Source: an uncultured delta proteobacterium (GTDB taxonomy: Bacteria > Desulfobacterota > RBG-13-43-22). From it: a stretch of DNA of 64,000 nt. The DNA lies in assembly GCA_963843145.1 (NCBI GenBank), contig CAWJJC010000010.1, positions 32,001 through 96,000 on the forward strand, given 5' to 3'. The notes below the pieces were generated by a model. That model had not been told where the DNA came from, did not search any database, and worked only from the letters and a program-made list of their open reading frames with translations. Shown piece by piece: positions 51,764 to 62,006 of this stretch. Both the position numbers and the translations under genes were made by a program. The first letter of the stretch is position 1; every line of letters begins with the position of its first letter.

Positions 51764-52431
51764 AATCATCGATTCCGGATCCCCGCGCCAAGCTGGTCCT
51801 GGCCTTCACCGCCGCCGTGATCTTGGTGTCGCTCGATCAATGGCTGACCCTGCTGGTTGCCGCCGCCGTAATCTGGGGAATGACTCTCCCCCTGAACCTG
51901 GTGCCCACCTGGTTCAAATTTTTTAGGGGGTTGGGCCCGGCGGTCTTCGGTTTCTTCGCCATCGCCTGGCTGGCCTTCGATCTTTCCACGGCCCTGATAT
52001 CCGGCCTGCGTTTGCTGGCCCTCGGCACGGTTTTCTTTCTTTTTTTTCAGACCACTTCCCCTAAAAACCTTTCCCAAGCCTTGGTCCGGATGGGGATGCC
52101 TTACGCTTTCAGTTTTGTACTGACCGTCTCCATGGAATTCATCCCGGTCCTGACCCGACGGGCGGCCAACATCCGGGACGCGCAACGGGCCCGGGGGATC
52201 CCCCTTCAGGGCGGCCTGCGAACACTCCGCCACCTGCCGGCCCTGCTGGGGCCTTTGCTTATTCAATCCTTCAAATTGGCGGACGAGATGGCCGAAGCCC
52301 TGGAGGCCCGGGGGTTCGGAGCCGCTGCCCGCCACACCCGTCAGGAATTACCCCTCCGGGCAATGGATTGGGGGATTATCTCGTTAAGCCTTGTCGGCCT
52401 TGCCGCCTTACTATTTTTCAAATATAGCTGA
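51760..52431 (+). CDS. ECF transporter T component
   Basis: DPRAKL, AQRARG, ALEARGF. Confidence 0.9.
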   Translation: MKSSIPDPRAKLVLAFTAAVILVSLDQWLTLLVAAAVIWGMTLPLNLVPTWFKFFRGLGPAVFGFFAIAWLAFDLSTALISGLRLLALGTVFFLFFQTTSPKNLSQALVRMGMPYAFSFVLTVSMEFIPVLTRRAANIRDAQRARGIPLQGGLRTLRHLPALLGPLLIQSFKLADEMAEALEARGFGAAARHTRQELPLRAMDWGIISLSLVGLAALLFFKYS

Positions 52432-52469
52432 AAAATTTGCTTTCCTGCTTTTCTACTCGAATTATTTTT

Positions 52470-52623
52470 GATAAACTACAAAGTGTTCCCAGGGCTGTCA
52501 TTGCGAGGAGTGGAGCGACGAAGCAATCCCTAATAATCAGCTACTTACCAAGGTGGGGATTGCTTCCCCCGGATCAGGTCCGGGATCGTGATGACGGTTT
52601 TTTCGACTTTTTACGAAACCATC
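52470..52623. repeat. MITE-like element enclosing REP-type hairpins
   Basis: GTCATTGCGAGGAG..GCGACGAAGCAATCC...GGATTGCTTC; right end GACTTTTTACGAAACCATC. Confidence 0.65.
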
Positions 52624-52670
52624 GTTAGTACCGCGTCATGCCCCATGGATTATCACTAAGGATCAAAATC

Positions 52671-53009
52671 ATGGATAGCAGAAAGCTGTTGGATCCCATC
52701 ACTCCAGGAGAAATTTTGAAAGAAGATTTTTTGGAGCCTTTGAAGATCAGCCTCAACCAACTGGCCCGTAACATTGGGGTACCCCCCAACCGTATCAGCG
52801 AAATCGTCAACGGGAAGCGAATGATTACCGCCGACACCGCCCTGCGGTTACAGAGGTTTTTCGGAGTGGAGGCTCAGTTCTGGCTCAACCTTCAGTTGGA
52901 GTATGATCTTCGGTTAGCCAAACGGCAACGATGGACGGATATTGAAAAACAGATAATCCCGATTCAGGCTGCTCTCAAAATTATTCCGGAAGATTCGAGG
53001 CCAATATAG
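52671..53009 (+). CDS. higA: HigA family antitoxin (orphan)
   Basis: TPGEILKEDFL, RISEIVNGKR.ITADTALRL, FWLNLQ..YDL. Confidence 0.9.
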   Translation: MDSRKLLDPITPGEILKEDFLEPLKISLNQLARNIGVPPNRISEIVNGKRMITADTALRLQRFFGVEAQFWLNLQLEYDLRLAKRQRWTDIEKQIIPIQAALKIIPEDSRPI

Positions 53010-53350
53010 AAATTGGATTCTATTTCGGTGGCAGGGACTTGGCGTAGGCCAGGCCAAGGTCCAGCCACTTTCTTGTAATCTTCGGTCCCGGCTAGTCTGG
53101 CCTTGGGGATCATCACCCACCCTTTCATGGCCTTTCCGGTGATGTCGAAGGCCAGCGCCCGTCCGGATTGGATTTCCTGGTGCGCCCGCTCCGGGAAACC
53201 GAGACGAACGATTAGATTGTCTTTGTAAATCCCGAAGGCCATGTTCCCGCCAACCAAATAACACACCCCGCCGAACATGCTCTTGGCTATCAGCCCCTGT
53301 TCCCCGACATAGAGTTCTTTGATGATCGCTTCGATTGCTTTGTCATAGGC
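53010..53350 (-). CDS. TfoX N-terminal domain protein (3' frameshift likely)
   Basis: KSMFGGVCYL.GGNM..G, GKAMKGWV. Confidence 0.8.
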
Positions 53351-53452
53351 CACGGTATAATCTCCTTCCTCTTAAAAGGTGGAACAGACGTCCTCGCCTG
53401 TTACCGACCAACCCCAGCCGGGGGCGGCTGGGCTACAAAAAGACCTTTGCAA

Positions 53453-54395
53453 TTATTTCTTTCTGCGAAAGACCAAAACGGTACTTTCCAGTTCCGGGGG
53501 TAGCACGAAACCGCTCAATCGAGGATCCGCCTGCCATTCAAACCGCTGTTGGCTGGTGTAGACTTCCCAGTTGCCGCCGGCAAACCGGTAACGGCTACCG
53601 ATGACCACATAGAGATCGACTCTGGGGGTTGAAAAAACCTCCTTTTCAAAGGAGTTCCCCGGAGGCGGCCAGGAGCAGAGAACGACTTGGGGTTTGTATT
53701 TTTCCAGGGCCTCTTTAGCGCCCAGTTTTTCCACCCGGTCCGGGTATTGAATGGCGTGCGTCCAACTGAAGTTGTCGGTGGCCGTGACCGGGACACCGGC
53801 CTCGATCAGCAGCGAGGCCAGCGTGCCGTCCCCGGCGGCGATCTCCAGGCAGGAACGCCGGTCGATCAGGCCGGCCAAGGCCTCAATCAGAGCGGTTGAG
53901 TAAAAGCAGTAAATACCCCGGGACTGTACCAGCGGCATCAGGAAACGCTTCTGGGAGATCAACGGCCACCAGAACCTGAACCACCCCAGGGAGACCGGTT
54001 TGCGCTCCAGGCCTTTTCTGAACAGAAGCCGCTGGATAATCAATCCGTTGACCAGATTGAAGCGGATCTTCCCCGAGGCTTTTCCGCTGGCGGCGGCCAG
54101 GTAGCACTTTTCCAGCCCCTGCAGGAGCATCCGGCTTTTAATCAGGTGCGGCAGGGCGCTGGCGATGACCTGGGGATTCTGGCCGCTCTTTTCAATGCGC
54201 CGGGTCCAGAGATCCAGGTCCGACCGGGCTGTTCGTGGCGGCCTCCTCCGTGGTCAGCGCCTTGGAGTTTTCCAGCGCGGCCACCAGCTTTCTACCCGCC
54301 TCCTCCCACTCGCCGGGATAACGATCCATGAGTTCCTGGAGGGGAGGATTGCTGTTCAACCACCTCAGAGAGGCTTTCGCCTCGGAGTGCTTCAT
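53453..54395 (-). CDS. Hypothetical SAM-methyltransferase-like protein (frameshifted)
   Basis: ORFs 54192..54395 and 53453..54130; CLEIAAGDGTL, ATD, CSWPP. Confidence 0.65.
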
Positions 54396-54865
54396 CGATT
54401 CCCTTTTTTCAAAAGCCGCCGGTCAAACTCAAGATCTTTGACTTCTAAAATGGTCACCCGGACTATATCCGAATGCCCCGGGTTGATCAGGATATTATGC
54501 TCCTGCTCGACGACTGCCGACGGCACCCGCAGCAGGAGGCTGCGTTTGGAATGGATCCATTCGGTCCCCAGGTCGGCCAGTTTGCGAGAGGCGGGGTAAT
54601 GTCGCCAGTCCTTAGGCAGATCCACGGCTGAGAGGCTCTCCGGTTGAATCTCGTTGGTTAACTCGAGGGTCGCGATGCCCAGGTCGCTGGGGGCCTGCAT
54701 CCAGGAAACGTGGACCAGAAACTCGACCATAGCCAAAGATCGGGTTTCCGAGGTATAGAGTATTGCGGTTCCCCGGTGATTCCAACGGCCCCCATAGGTT
54801 TTCGCGCCGATACCGGTCAGATCGTTCAAATGCCTTTTCCTGGCGATCCGGTAGACGAGCATCAA
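54392..54865 (-). CDS. RES-domain toxin
   Basis: VYRI, GGRWN..G, YTSE..SLA..E, VPSAV, N.LINP.H. Confidence 0.92.
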   Translation of the reverse strand: MMLVYRIARKRHLNDLTGIGAKTYGGRWNHRGTAILYTSETRSLAMVEFLVHVSWMQAPSDLGIATLELTNEIQPESLSAVDLPKDWRHYPASRKLADLGTEWIHSKRSLLLRVPSAVVEQEHNILINPGHSDIVRVTILEVKDLEFDRRLLKKGNR

Positions 54866-55293
54866 GAGAAGATTCCGTGTTCGATTCGCCCCAGCTCTTC
54901 CAGGACTATTTCGTTCCCGAACCGCGAATTCAGAAGCGACGCCGGCGTTCTGTTCCTCAAGGCCGGAGAAGGCGTCCTCAACCAGGAACTAAACCGCTCG
55001 CGGTCCCCAAAGACCTCTTCTCCCCGGACCACAACCTCGGCGATCTGCAGGATGTGTTCGGAAACGATCCTGTTAAAGCGGTGGTTGCGGCGGTAGCGCT
55101 GAATCGTCCGCTCGGTCACCGGCAGCATTTCGGCCATCTGAGCGAGCGACAAGTGCAAATGCTTGGCCAGATGAAGCAGGGCTTCCTTGGTCAGTCCCTT
55201 ATCGCTGAGATCCAGGAGGTCGAGACGGCTGGCGATCACGCCCTCGAAAGCCTTTTTCCCTCCCAAGACCCCGGAGATTTCCGATAATTCCAT
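54862..55293 (-). CDS. Xre/MbcA/ParS-type antitoxin
   Basis: HTH ERTIQRY; EVFGD...WL.TP.PAL...TP..LL, LGRIEHG. Confidence 0.9.
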   Translation of the reverse strand: MELSEISGVLGGKKAFEGVIASRLDLLDLSDKGLTKEALLHLAKHLHLSLAQMAEMLPVTERTIQRYRRNHRFNRIVSEHILQIAEVVVRGEEVFGDRERFSSWLRTPSPALRNRTPASLLNSRFGNEIVLEELGRIEHGIFS

Positions 55294-55374
55294 ATCTGGA
55301 CTCCTTTCCCGAATAACGACATTTGTCGATATAATAGCGTCTTTTGTCGTAATTGTCAAAGAAATGTAGAAAAG

Positions 55375-55405
55375 GTAGATTGGGTAGAGCGAAGCGAAAC
55401 CCAAC
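55375..55405 (+). repeat. GTAG-type REP hairpin
   Basis: GTAGATTGGGTAGAGCGAAGCGAAACCCAAC. Confidence 0.6.
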
Positions 55406-55510
55406 AAAGGAGGAAGTAGCGAATCCCGTCGACTTGATTTTAATTGACTCCGAGCGGTTGTCAGCCATACCATAGGCGATACGATAGAAGGTGACCAGGA
55501 TAAGCGAAAA

Positions 55511-55846
55511 ATGATGCAACTTTTAATCAAAGTTTCGCTCAGCGTGGCTATTATTCTTCTGGCCACCTTTACCGCCAAGCGATTCCCCTCCATTGCCGGT
55601 TTGATCGGCGTCATGCCTTTGACCGGGGCCTTGGTTTTGGGTTGGGTGTATTTGGAAAACCGCGGCGACCCAAAGATCATGACGGCTTTTACCAAGGGGG
55701 CCGTCTGGGGCATGTTGCCCAGCATCTTGTTCTACCTCGTCGCCTTGTTCTGCCTCAAAAAGGGATTTCCCCTGACGATCGTTCTCGGTTCGAGCTTCGC
55801 GGCCTGGTTCCTGGCGGCCGCCGTTCACCAATGGGCGTTGAAATAG
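55511..55846 (+). CDS. DUF3147-like small membrane protein
   Basis: KRFPSIAGLIGVMPLT; four hydrophobic helices. Confidence 0.7.
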   Translation: MMQLLIKVSLSVAIILLATFTAKRFPSIAGLIGVMPLTGALVLGWVYLENRGDPKIMTAFTKGAVWGMLPSILFYLVALFCLKKGFPLTIVLGSSFAAWFLAAAVHQWALK

Positions 55847-55864
55847 AAAGGCTCTTATTTTATT

Positions 55865-56130
55865 GACGACCTGCGAAATGCCATCGGCCTCCTGAAACTG
55901 ATTTCCCAGGGAGAAGAAGATATCAAAAACGGGAAGTCAAAGTCACAGGAAGAGGTATTCGCCGGCATCGACCAGAAGCTTAAAGAATGACTATGGAAGA
56001 AATACATTATACCCCGGTGCATCCTGGGGAGGTCTTGCGGGATAAATTGGAAAAAATCCGTTTGACCCAATCAGCTTTAGCCAAGCATATCGGCATCCTC
56101 CCCAAGACCATCAATGAAATCTGCCGACTT
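55865..56130 (+). pseudogene. Antitoxin remnants (Phd-like C-terminus, then HigA-like N-terminus)
   Basis: LLKLISQGEEDIKNGK...EVF; LTQSALAKHIGILPKTINEICR. Confidence 0.55.
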
Positions 56131-56173
56131 TATAGAAATTAAACCCATCGCCGCCTAAGAAGATGCACACGGC

Positions 56174-56476
56174 ATGAAAAAACCCAGGCGAAAACTTTCT
56201 GCGGCCGAGAAGGCGGGAAAGAGACGGCGCCGGAAGGAATATATGACCATCTTCATCAATGGGAAACAGAAGCGGGTCAAACGTCCGCCGACCGTCGAGG
56301 GTCTGGAGGTCGATGAATTCATCCGTAGAAACGCAGACCCTATCTGGTTGCATCAGAATGAAATGTGGGAGTATATGATTGAAGAAGAGGCCTCCCTTGA
56401 AACAAGGGGTCAAAAGGTCATCGAAGTCTCACCAGACATAACGCCGGTGGTTGGTGAGCTAACCGCCAGGCACTAA
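56174..56476 (+). CDS. Conserved hypothetical protein
   Basis: IFINGKQKRVKRPPTVEG..VDEFIRRNADPIWLHQNEMWE. Confidence 0.65.
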   Translation: MKKPRRKLSAAEKAGKRRRRKEYMTIFINGKQKRVKRPPTVEGLEVDEFIRRNADPIWLHQNEMWEYMIEEEASLETRGQKVIEVSPDITPVVGELTARH

Positions 56477-56971
56477 GCTGCCCGACGACACCTTCCAACC
56501 AGATACACCGATATCCCCCGGGGATGAAATCGGCCCAAAAATGAGAGGCATCAACGTCGACATGGCCATGAAGCTTCCCGTGCTTTGAAGCTCCGCTCCA
56601 GCAAGCCGGCTCCGAGGGGGTCCACCCTCATCTCTTTTGTCGCTTAGTGCGAAGTACACCTACTAATCCTCCATCCTTGTAGCCCCGAAAGTTAAGGATT
56701 ACAGATAAAAGTATTCTATGGGGAATGCCCCGATTGAGACCCCATAGATCTATTGTGATCCTTCCCTATCGGTTCCGTTCTTCATGCGTAAATCCAAAAT
56801 TGCTCCCAAGGCTTCGAATAGCTGCATTTTTTTCTCTTAAGCAACTTTGAATTGATGCTTATTCGAAATGTGCTATAAAATTAAAAAACGGGCGCTGTCC
56901 CTAAATATTACCCATGGCAGATACGAACCATCAGGGCGAACTGAATCGACTTTCATTGCCTTGTTTGAAAC

Positions 56972-57043
56972 TTCCCGTCGTCTCCCGCGATTCGTCACTT
57001 GATACCAGGCGCCCGGATATTCTATTTTCAAAGGTCGGGACAT
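56972..57043 (-). pseudogene. REP-associated (Y1 HUH) transposase N-terminal fragment
   Basis: MSRPLKIEYPGAWYQVTNRGRRRE. Confidence 0.7.
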
Positions 57044-57302
57044 AACCAACCATATACCACAAATCCTTCTTAAGAGCCAAAAGCGAAATTGACCTCTTTT
57101 ATCATGTCGGTTATCCTTCTTGGCGCAGTAAACCACCTTGACCTCATCAAAAAAATAAGGGGTCCGCATCAAAAGAATACTATTTTTACCCCATTCCATT
57201 CTTCCGAAAATATTAGTATTTTCAATTTTGGGGGCAAGTCCTTCAACCCTAACCCAAAATGCTTTGCCTTAAGTTAACAGGTCCTTGCGGAGGAGTGATT
57301 TT

Positions 57303-59592
57303 ATGAATACTCGTAGATATCGTGACCCGAATAGTCTGTTTATAATTCTGCCTCTGATCTGGGGGACCATCTTGGGGTTGTGGACCACCCCTGGTTCGGC
57401 TTCGCCAATCGAAAATTCAAGGGATGTTAAATTATCCCGCCCACCACTGCGATTTGAGATTAACGAGGGACAAACCCACCCGCAGGTTCAATTCACCGCG
57501 AGGGATCGCGACGGAATCGCCTTCTTGACTCCCGGCGAAACGGTATTGCAGATCTCCAGGAGAATGGATCGGCCGGATTCCGGCCCCGAATGGGAAAGGC
57601 GGCCGGTCCATCGGTGGGGCCGACCTTTGAATCCTTTTATATTCGTTTAAAAATAGAGGGCGCGAACCCGAACTCCAAGGTAACTGGAATAGAGCGGTTG
57701 CCGGGGGTGACCAATTACCTAATCGGCGATAACCGGCAGAACTGGCGGACCCAGGTTTCCGGCTATGCCAAAGTCAAATACGAGGAGGTTTATCCCGGGA
57801 TCAATCTGGTCTACTACGGAAACTATGAGGGCCGCCTGGAGTATGACTTTATCGTGGCGCCGGGCGCGGATCCCAACCGGATAATTCTTTCCGTCGAAGG
57901 CGCACGGGACGTAGCCATTGACCCGTCGGGTGATCTGGTCATGAGCACCGACCTCGGAACGATACGCCAGCAGGCCCCCAGGGTCTATCAGGAGATAAAC
58001 GGGAGGCGGAAGGAGGTGGACGGGGGATATAAGATAATTGAGGGAGTAGAGTCTGCCGGACGCAAGATTTTGGCCTTCGCGCTGGGGAATTACGACCGAA
58101 ACCGGCCGCTGGTGATAGATCCCGAGATCGTCTATGCCACCTACCTCGGCGGGTCGTCGACCAGCACTGTGGCCAACGAAGGCGCCCGCGGGGTGGCCGT
58201 GGACAGCCAGGGGGAAGCTTACATCGTGGGGGTAACCATATCGGCGGATTTCCCGACCCTGAACCCGGCCCAGGGCACGCTGCGGGGGTTCAGCAACGCC
58301 TTCATCACCAAACTGGACGCCAACGGCCAATGGTCATTCGACCTACCTGGGAGGCAGCGGTTTTGACGAGGGCACCGTCATTAAAGTCGACGCCACCGGC
58401 GCGGCCTATGTGGGGGGGAGCACCTGTTCTACGGAATTTCCCTACAGTCAATGCGCAGCAGGGGACCTACGGGCTCAATTGCGACGCCTTTGTTGCCAAG
58501 TGAGCCAAACGGGTCCCAGCTCGTTTATTCCACCTACCTGGGAGGGGCTGACCGGGAAAGCGTGGCGGACTGGCATTGGATACGGACAATAATCTGTATG
58601 TGGTGGGCAACATCTCCCCGGCAGCGGGGATATCGGCCAACGATTTTCCGACCGTCAACCCCATCCAGGCCACCTATGGCGGAGGTTCCCGGGATGGTTT
58701 CCTGTCGGTTGTCAACTCCGCCGGTTCCAGCCTGCTTTTTTCAACCTACCTGGGAGGGAATGGCGATGATTTTTTTCAGTCGCTTAAACTTGAGGCAGGC
58801 AATGGCGATGTGTATTTGAGTTACTTCAGTGATTCCGACAACTTTTCAAATAGCCTCTCATCTCCGACGCCTTCCCTGGAAGTAACCTTCAAGAAGAAGG
58901 GGAAGATTAAGTTGCGGGATATCGGAGAGAAAGTATTTTTTATTTTTAAGCTGGTGGAAGAAATCGTCAACGACCCATCGGTAGACCCTTTCTTCAAAAT
59001 GGTAATCGAAGAAGCCACTGGTATTTTTATACGCGTGCTCGCTGAAAACACAACCGGCGGCATTACCTTGAACCACGTACAAGCTGATTCAGTTCCAGCC
59101 CTGCAACCCCAGGCCTTGGGTGGTCTAGATGTAAAATTAAGCTCCTTCGACCAGAATTTGAACGTGATCCGACGGTCTTCTTCGGCGGCAGAGGCGAAGA
59201 GACGGTAAGCGCAATGGCGGTCGATCGTCAGGGCGCCGTTTACGTCATCGGTAGCACCATGTCGACCGATCTGCCGACCGTCAATCCCATCCAGGCCGCC
59301 CATTCGGGGGGCGATGCCTCCGACGGTTTCCTGGCCGTCTTCCACCCCCAGACCATGTCGCCCATATTCGCCACCTACCTGGGCGGCACCGGGGTGGAGT
59401 TTCTAACGGCATCACCGTCGATGCCCAGGGCTATATGTACATCGTCGGTGAAACCTGGGCGGCTTCCCGACCCCCACAGCCAACGCCTATCAGAACCAGT
59501 TTCGCGGGCGCACCGACGCCTTCCTCATCAAGATCTCGCCGGTCACCATCCCGCCGATCCTTCGGCTTTTTCTTCCTTTGATCCAGAAATAG
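57303..59592 (+). CDS. Secreted SBBP-repeat beta-propeller protein (multiple frameshifts)
   Basis: FEINEGQ, NYLIG, VYPGI, LEYDF.VAPGADP, LVIDP, repeated YSTYLGG / DFPT; C-terminus LFLPLIQK*. Confidence 0.85.
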
Positions 59593-59746
59593 CGCATTAA
59601 GGAGACAAGCTGCCTTCCTCGATATCGCCTTTGAAGACCCGTGCATAGGAATAAATTGCCACCTACCGAGAGTTGAGACGGTTCCCGATTGGCGTTTGTT
59701 TAATTGACAGGCGGAAAACTGGGTCGGACCCCAATCCCTCATGCAA

Positions 59747-60640
59747 TTACCTCAGAATAAGCGGTAGATAAATATTCTTTCTAATTGGGGCAAAGGCCAA
59801 ATCGTAGCTGATGTTATTCTGGGCTATCAGTGTCGCGATCCCTGTGCTTTTATCCAACACATAAAAACCACCAGTGCTGCCGAAAGCAGCATAGAGAGTA
59901 CCATCGCTAGGATCAATCGCCAACCCGCCAAAACCACCTATTGTTACCCCGGGGTTTCCTATGGAGGTATAGGAGCCAGTGGCAGGACTCACTGTGCCCA
60001 GAGAGTTGCCAATAGCATCAAGCGCATAGAATTTTTGACCATCAAAAGCCAGCCCATTCAGGTCGCGGTTTTCACCTGGGACTGGTCCCAGTACCGTGGC
60101 GATACCTGTGGTGGGGTTGATCGTGAACATCGCAGCGTTACCAGCATTCCCTTGATTTACTCCGAACAATTGCCCTGACGCATCAAATGCTAGTCCGCCT
60201 TCGAAAACGAAGAATCCTAATGGCCCAACTGCAGTGGCAACCCCATTGGTTGTATTGATCGTGTACAACCTTGCGCCCGAACCGATACTAGTGCCGTATA
60301 GAGTCCCGTTACCGTGGAAGGCTAAAGCTCCTATTGCGATCTCAACTGGTCCGTGGGGACCAATCAGGGCGGCGCTTCCGGTGGTTTTGTCGATCATAAA
60401 TAAATTCAGACCATCTGTAGCATACAAACCTCCTGAGACCGGAGTTTGTAACACTGCGGCAGGAGCAGATGTGAAATCTTTATGAAGTCCATCTTCGCTA
60501 TTGGTGGAATAGCCGAGCACACCGGTCAAAGGCGATATAACTCGTGGCACCACTTTCATTGCCGGAGCAGCCGCTGCCCAAGTTTCCAAAAAACCCAACC
60601 CGATGGTCAACACGAATGCGATAATAAGTCGAAATTTCAT
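59747..60640 (-). CDS. Secreted beta-propeller-like protein with C-terminal IYLPLILR tail
   Basis: Signal peptide; repeated LAF..G.LY / TI...TG.AT. Confidence 0.8.
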   Translation of the reverse strand: MKFRLIIAFVLTIGLGFLETWAAAAPAMKVVPRVISPLTGVLGYSTNSEDGLHKDFTSAPAAVLQTPVSGGLYATDGLNLFMIDKTTGSAALIGPHGPVEIAIGALAFHGNGTLYGTSIGSGARLYTINTTNGVATAVGPLGFFVFEGGLAFDASGQLFGVNQGNAGNAAMFTINPTTGIATVLGPVPGENRDLNGLAFDGQKFYALDAIGNSLGTVSPATGSYTSIGNPGVTIGGFGGLAIDPSDGTLYAAFGSTGGFYVLDKSTGIATLIAQNNISYDLAFAPIRKNIYLPLILR

Positions 60641-61112
60641 TCTATTTCTCCTTTAGGTTGTTTGCAAATGTTTTATGCCTAATATGTCATTAAAAAGTAC
60701 TGTGATCTCCATTACAAAGATATGATCTTAAGTTTACCGTAAGCGTTTGATCCCGCCTCACCTCATCAAACCACAACCCCCACCTCTTGGTTGAGAAATG
60801 GGGTTTCCTAAATTCCTCCATTTTCTTGCCCTCTTTTAGGGTTGAGTGGCGTTGCTGGAAAACGGGTTATCTTACTGTTTTGGGTCTTAAATGAATCCCA
60901 TTATATACAATTTTTGAAATAGTAAATAGGAGGTTCTTCATCGGGCAGGTACCCTTAATTTGGGCAGGTCCTTCAACAATTTCCGTTTGAAATCTTCTCA
61001 AAAGGGCAATCCGTCAAAAACAATTCAGGAAGCTATACGTACTAAAATCTGATTTTCTTATTGAAGTTAATGGGTTAGGTGTTGTTTAAAATCTCATAGT
61101 TTTGTTTTTTCG

Positions 61113-62006
61113 TCAAGGATTATTTGGGTGGCCAGCCGTTTGTTGCCTGATCACCTCCATGGCTTTGAAGTAGTCTCTCTGCACCTTAAGGTTTGATATC
61201 CGGCAGTACCGTTGTGTGGTTTTCACATGGCTATGACCCAAGAGATCTTGAATGGTGGAGAGATCGGCATCGGCATTGAGCAGCTGGGTGGCCATGGTAT
61301 GCCGAAGATGATGACAGGACACCTTGAGCTTGGCCTGGCGGGCATAAGTTTCCATGCGCCGCTGAATGCCGCGGATGGAGATGGGCTGCCCCTGGCAAGG
61401 CTTCTTTTCCGCCAGGAAGATCTTTCTGGATCTGGATGGAGGCCTCACCCTCAAATAGGCGGCCAGGGCCTGAAGGGCATCATGGCTCATATAGACGACC
61501 CGATCTTTTCCGCCCTTACCGTCTTCAACCAGGATAGTCCTGCGTTTGACGTCTATGACCCCGATCGTTAGCTGGGCGACTTCTTCCACCCGTAACCCGC
61601 AACGGAGCATGAGCATGAACATGGCCCGGTCACGGACGCCCTTGATGGCCTTGAAGAAGGTCTCCACCTGATCATCTCTCAGGTGCCGGGGAAGGGGCTG
61701 GGACATCTTCTGGAGATGAGTCTTCTTGATGGGATTGGTGATAATCACCCCTTCCTCATCCCGCAGGTAATGGTAGAACTGGCGAATACCGTTCAAGTGG
61801 CAGTTGACCGTCTTGGGCGCCAGCCTCTTCCTCATGAGATGCTCGATGTAGCGTGACACGGTTGCGTGGGTCACGGCCTCCACCGGCACATCCAGCCAGA
61901 GGATAAAGTGTTTAATGAGGTTCAGATAGTTCTTCACGGCATGGGGCGAACAGTTCCGCCGCTTTAAAAATCTCTGCCAGTTCAGGATCGCATCGGTCAT
62001 CGCCAT
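61113..62006 (-). CDS. Tyrosine recombinase/integrase (second)
   Basis: GLRVEE, GKGGK, HHLRH, LGH, TQRY. Confidence 0.93.
   Translation of the reverse strand: MAMTDAILNWQRFLKRRNCSPHAVKNYLNLIKHFILWLDVPVEAVTHATVSRYIEHLMRKRLAPKTVNCHLNGIRQFYHYLRDEEGVIITNPIKKTHLQKMSQPLPRHLRDDQVETFFKAIKGVRDRAMFMLMLRCGLRVEEVAQLTIGVIDVKRRTILVEDGKGGKDRVVYMSHDALQALAAYLRVRPPSRSRKIFLAEKKPCQGQPISIRGIQRRMETYARQAKLKVSCHHLRHTMATQLLNADADLSTIQDLLGHSHVKTTQRYCRISNLKVQRDYFKAMEVIRQQTAGHPNNP

Noticed and set aside
54862-55725. 287-aa version of the Xre antitoxin
   Set aside because: The N-terminal extension is antisense to the DUF3147-like gene and crosses a REP; the real start is probably 55293 with a GGAG RBS.
56435-56490. ACATAAC followed by a weak hairpin, a possible attC
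   Set aside because: No matching GTTRRRY box at a suitable distance and poor arm pairing.
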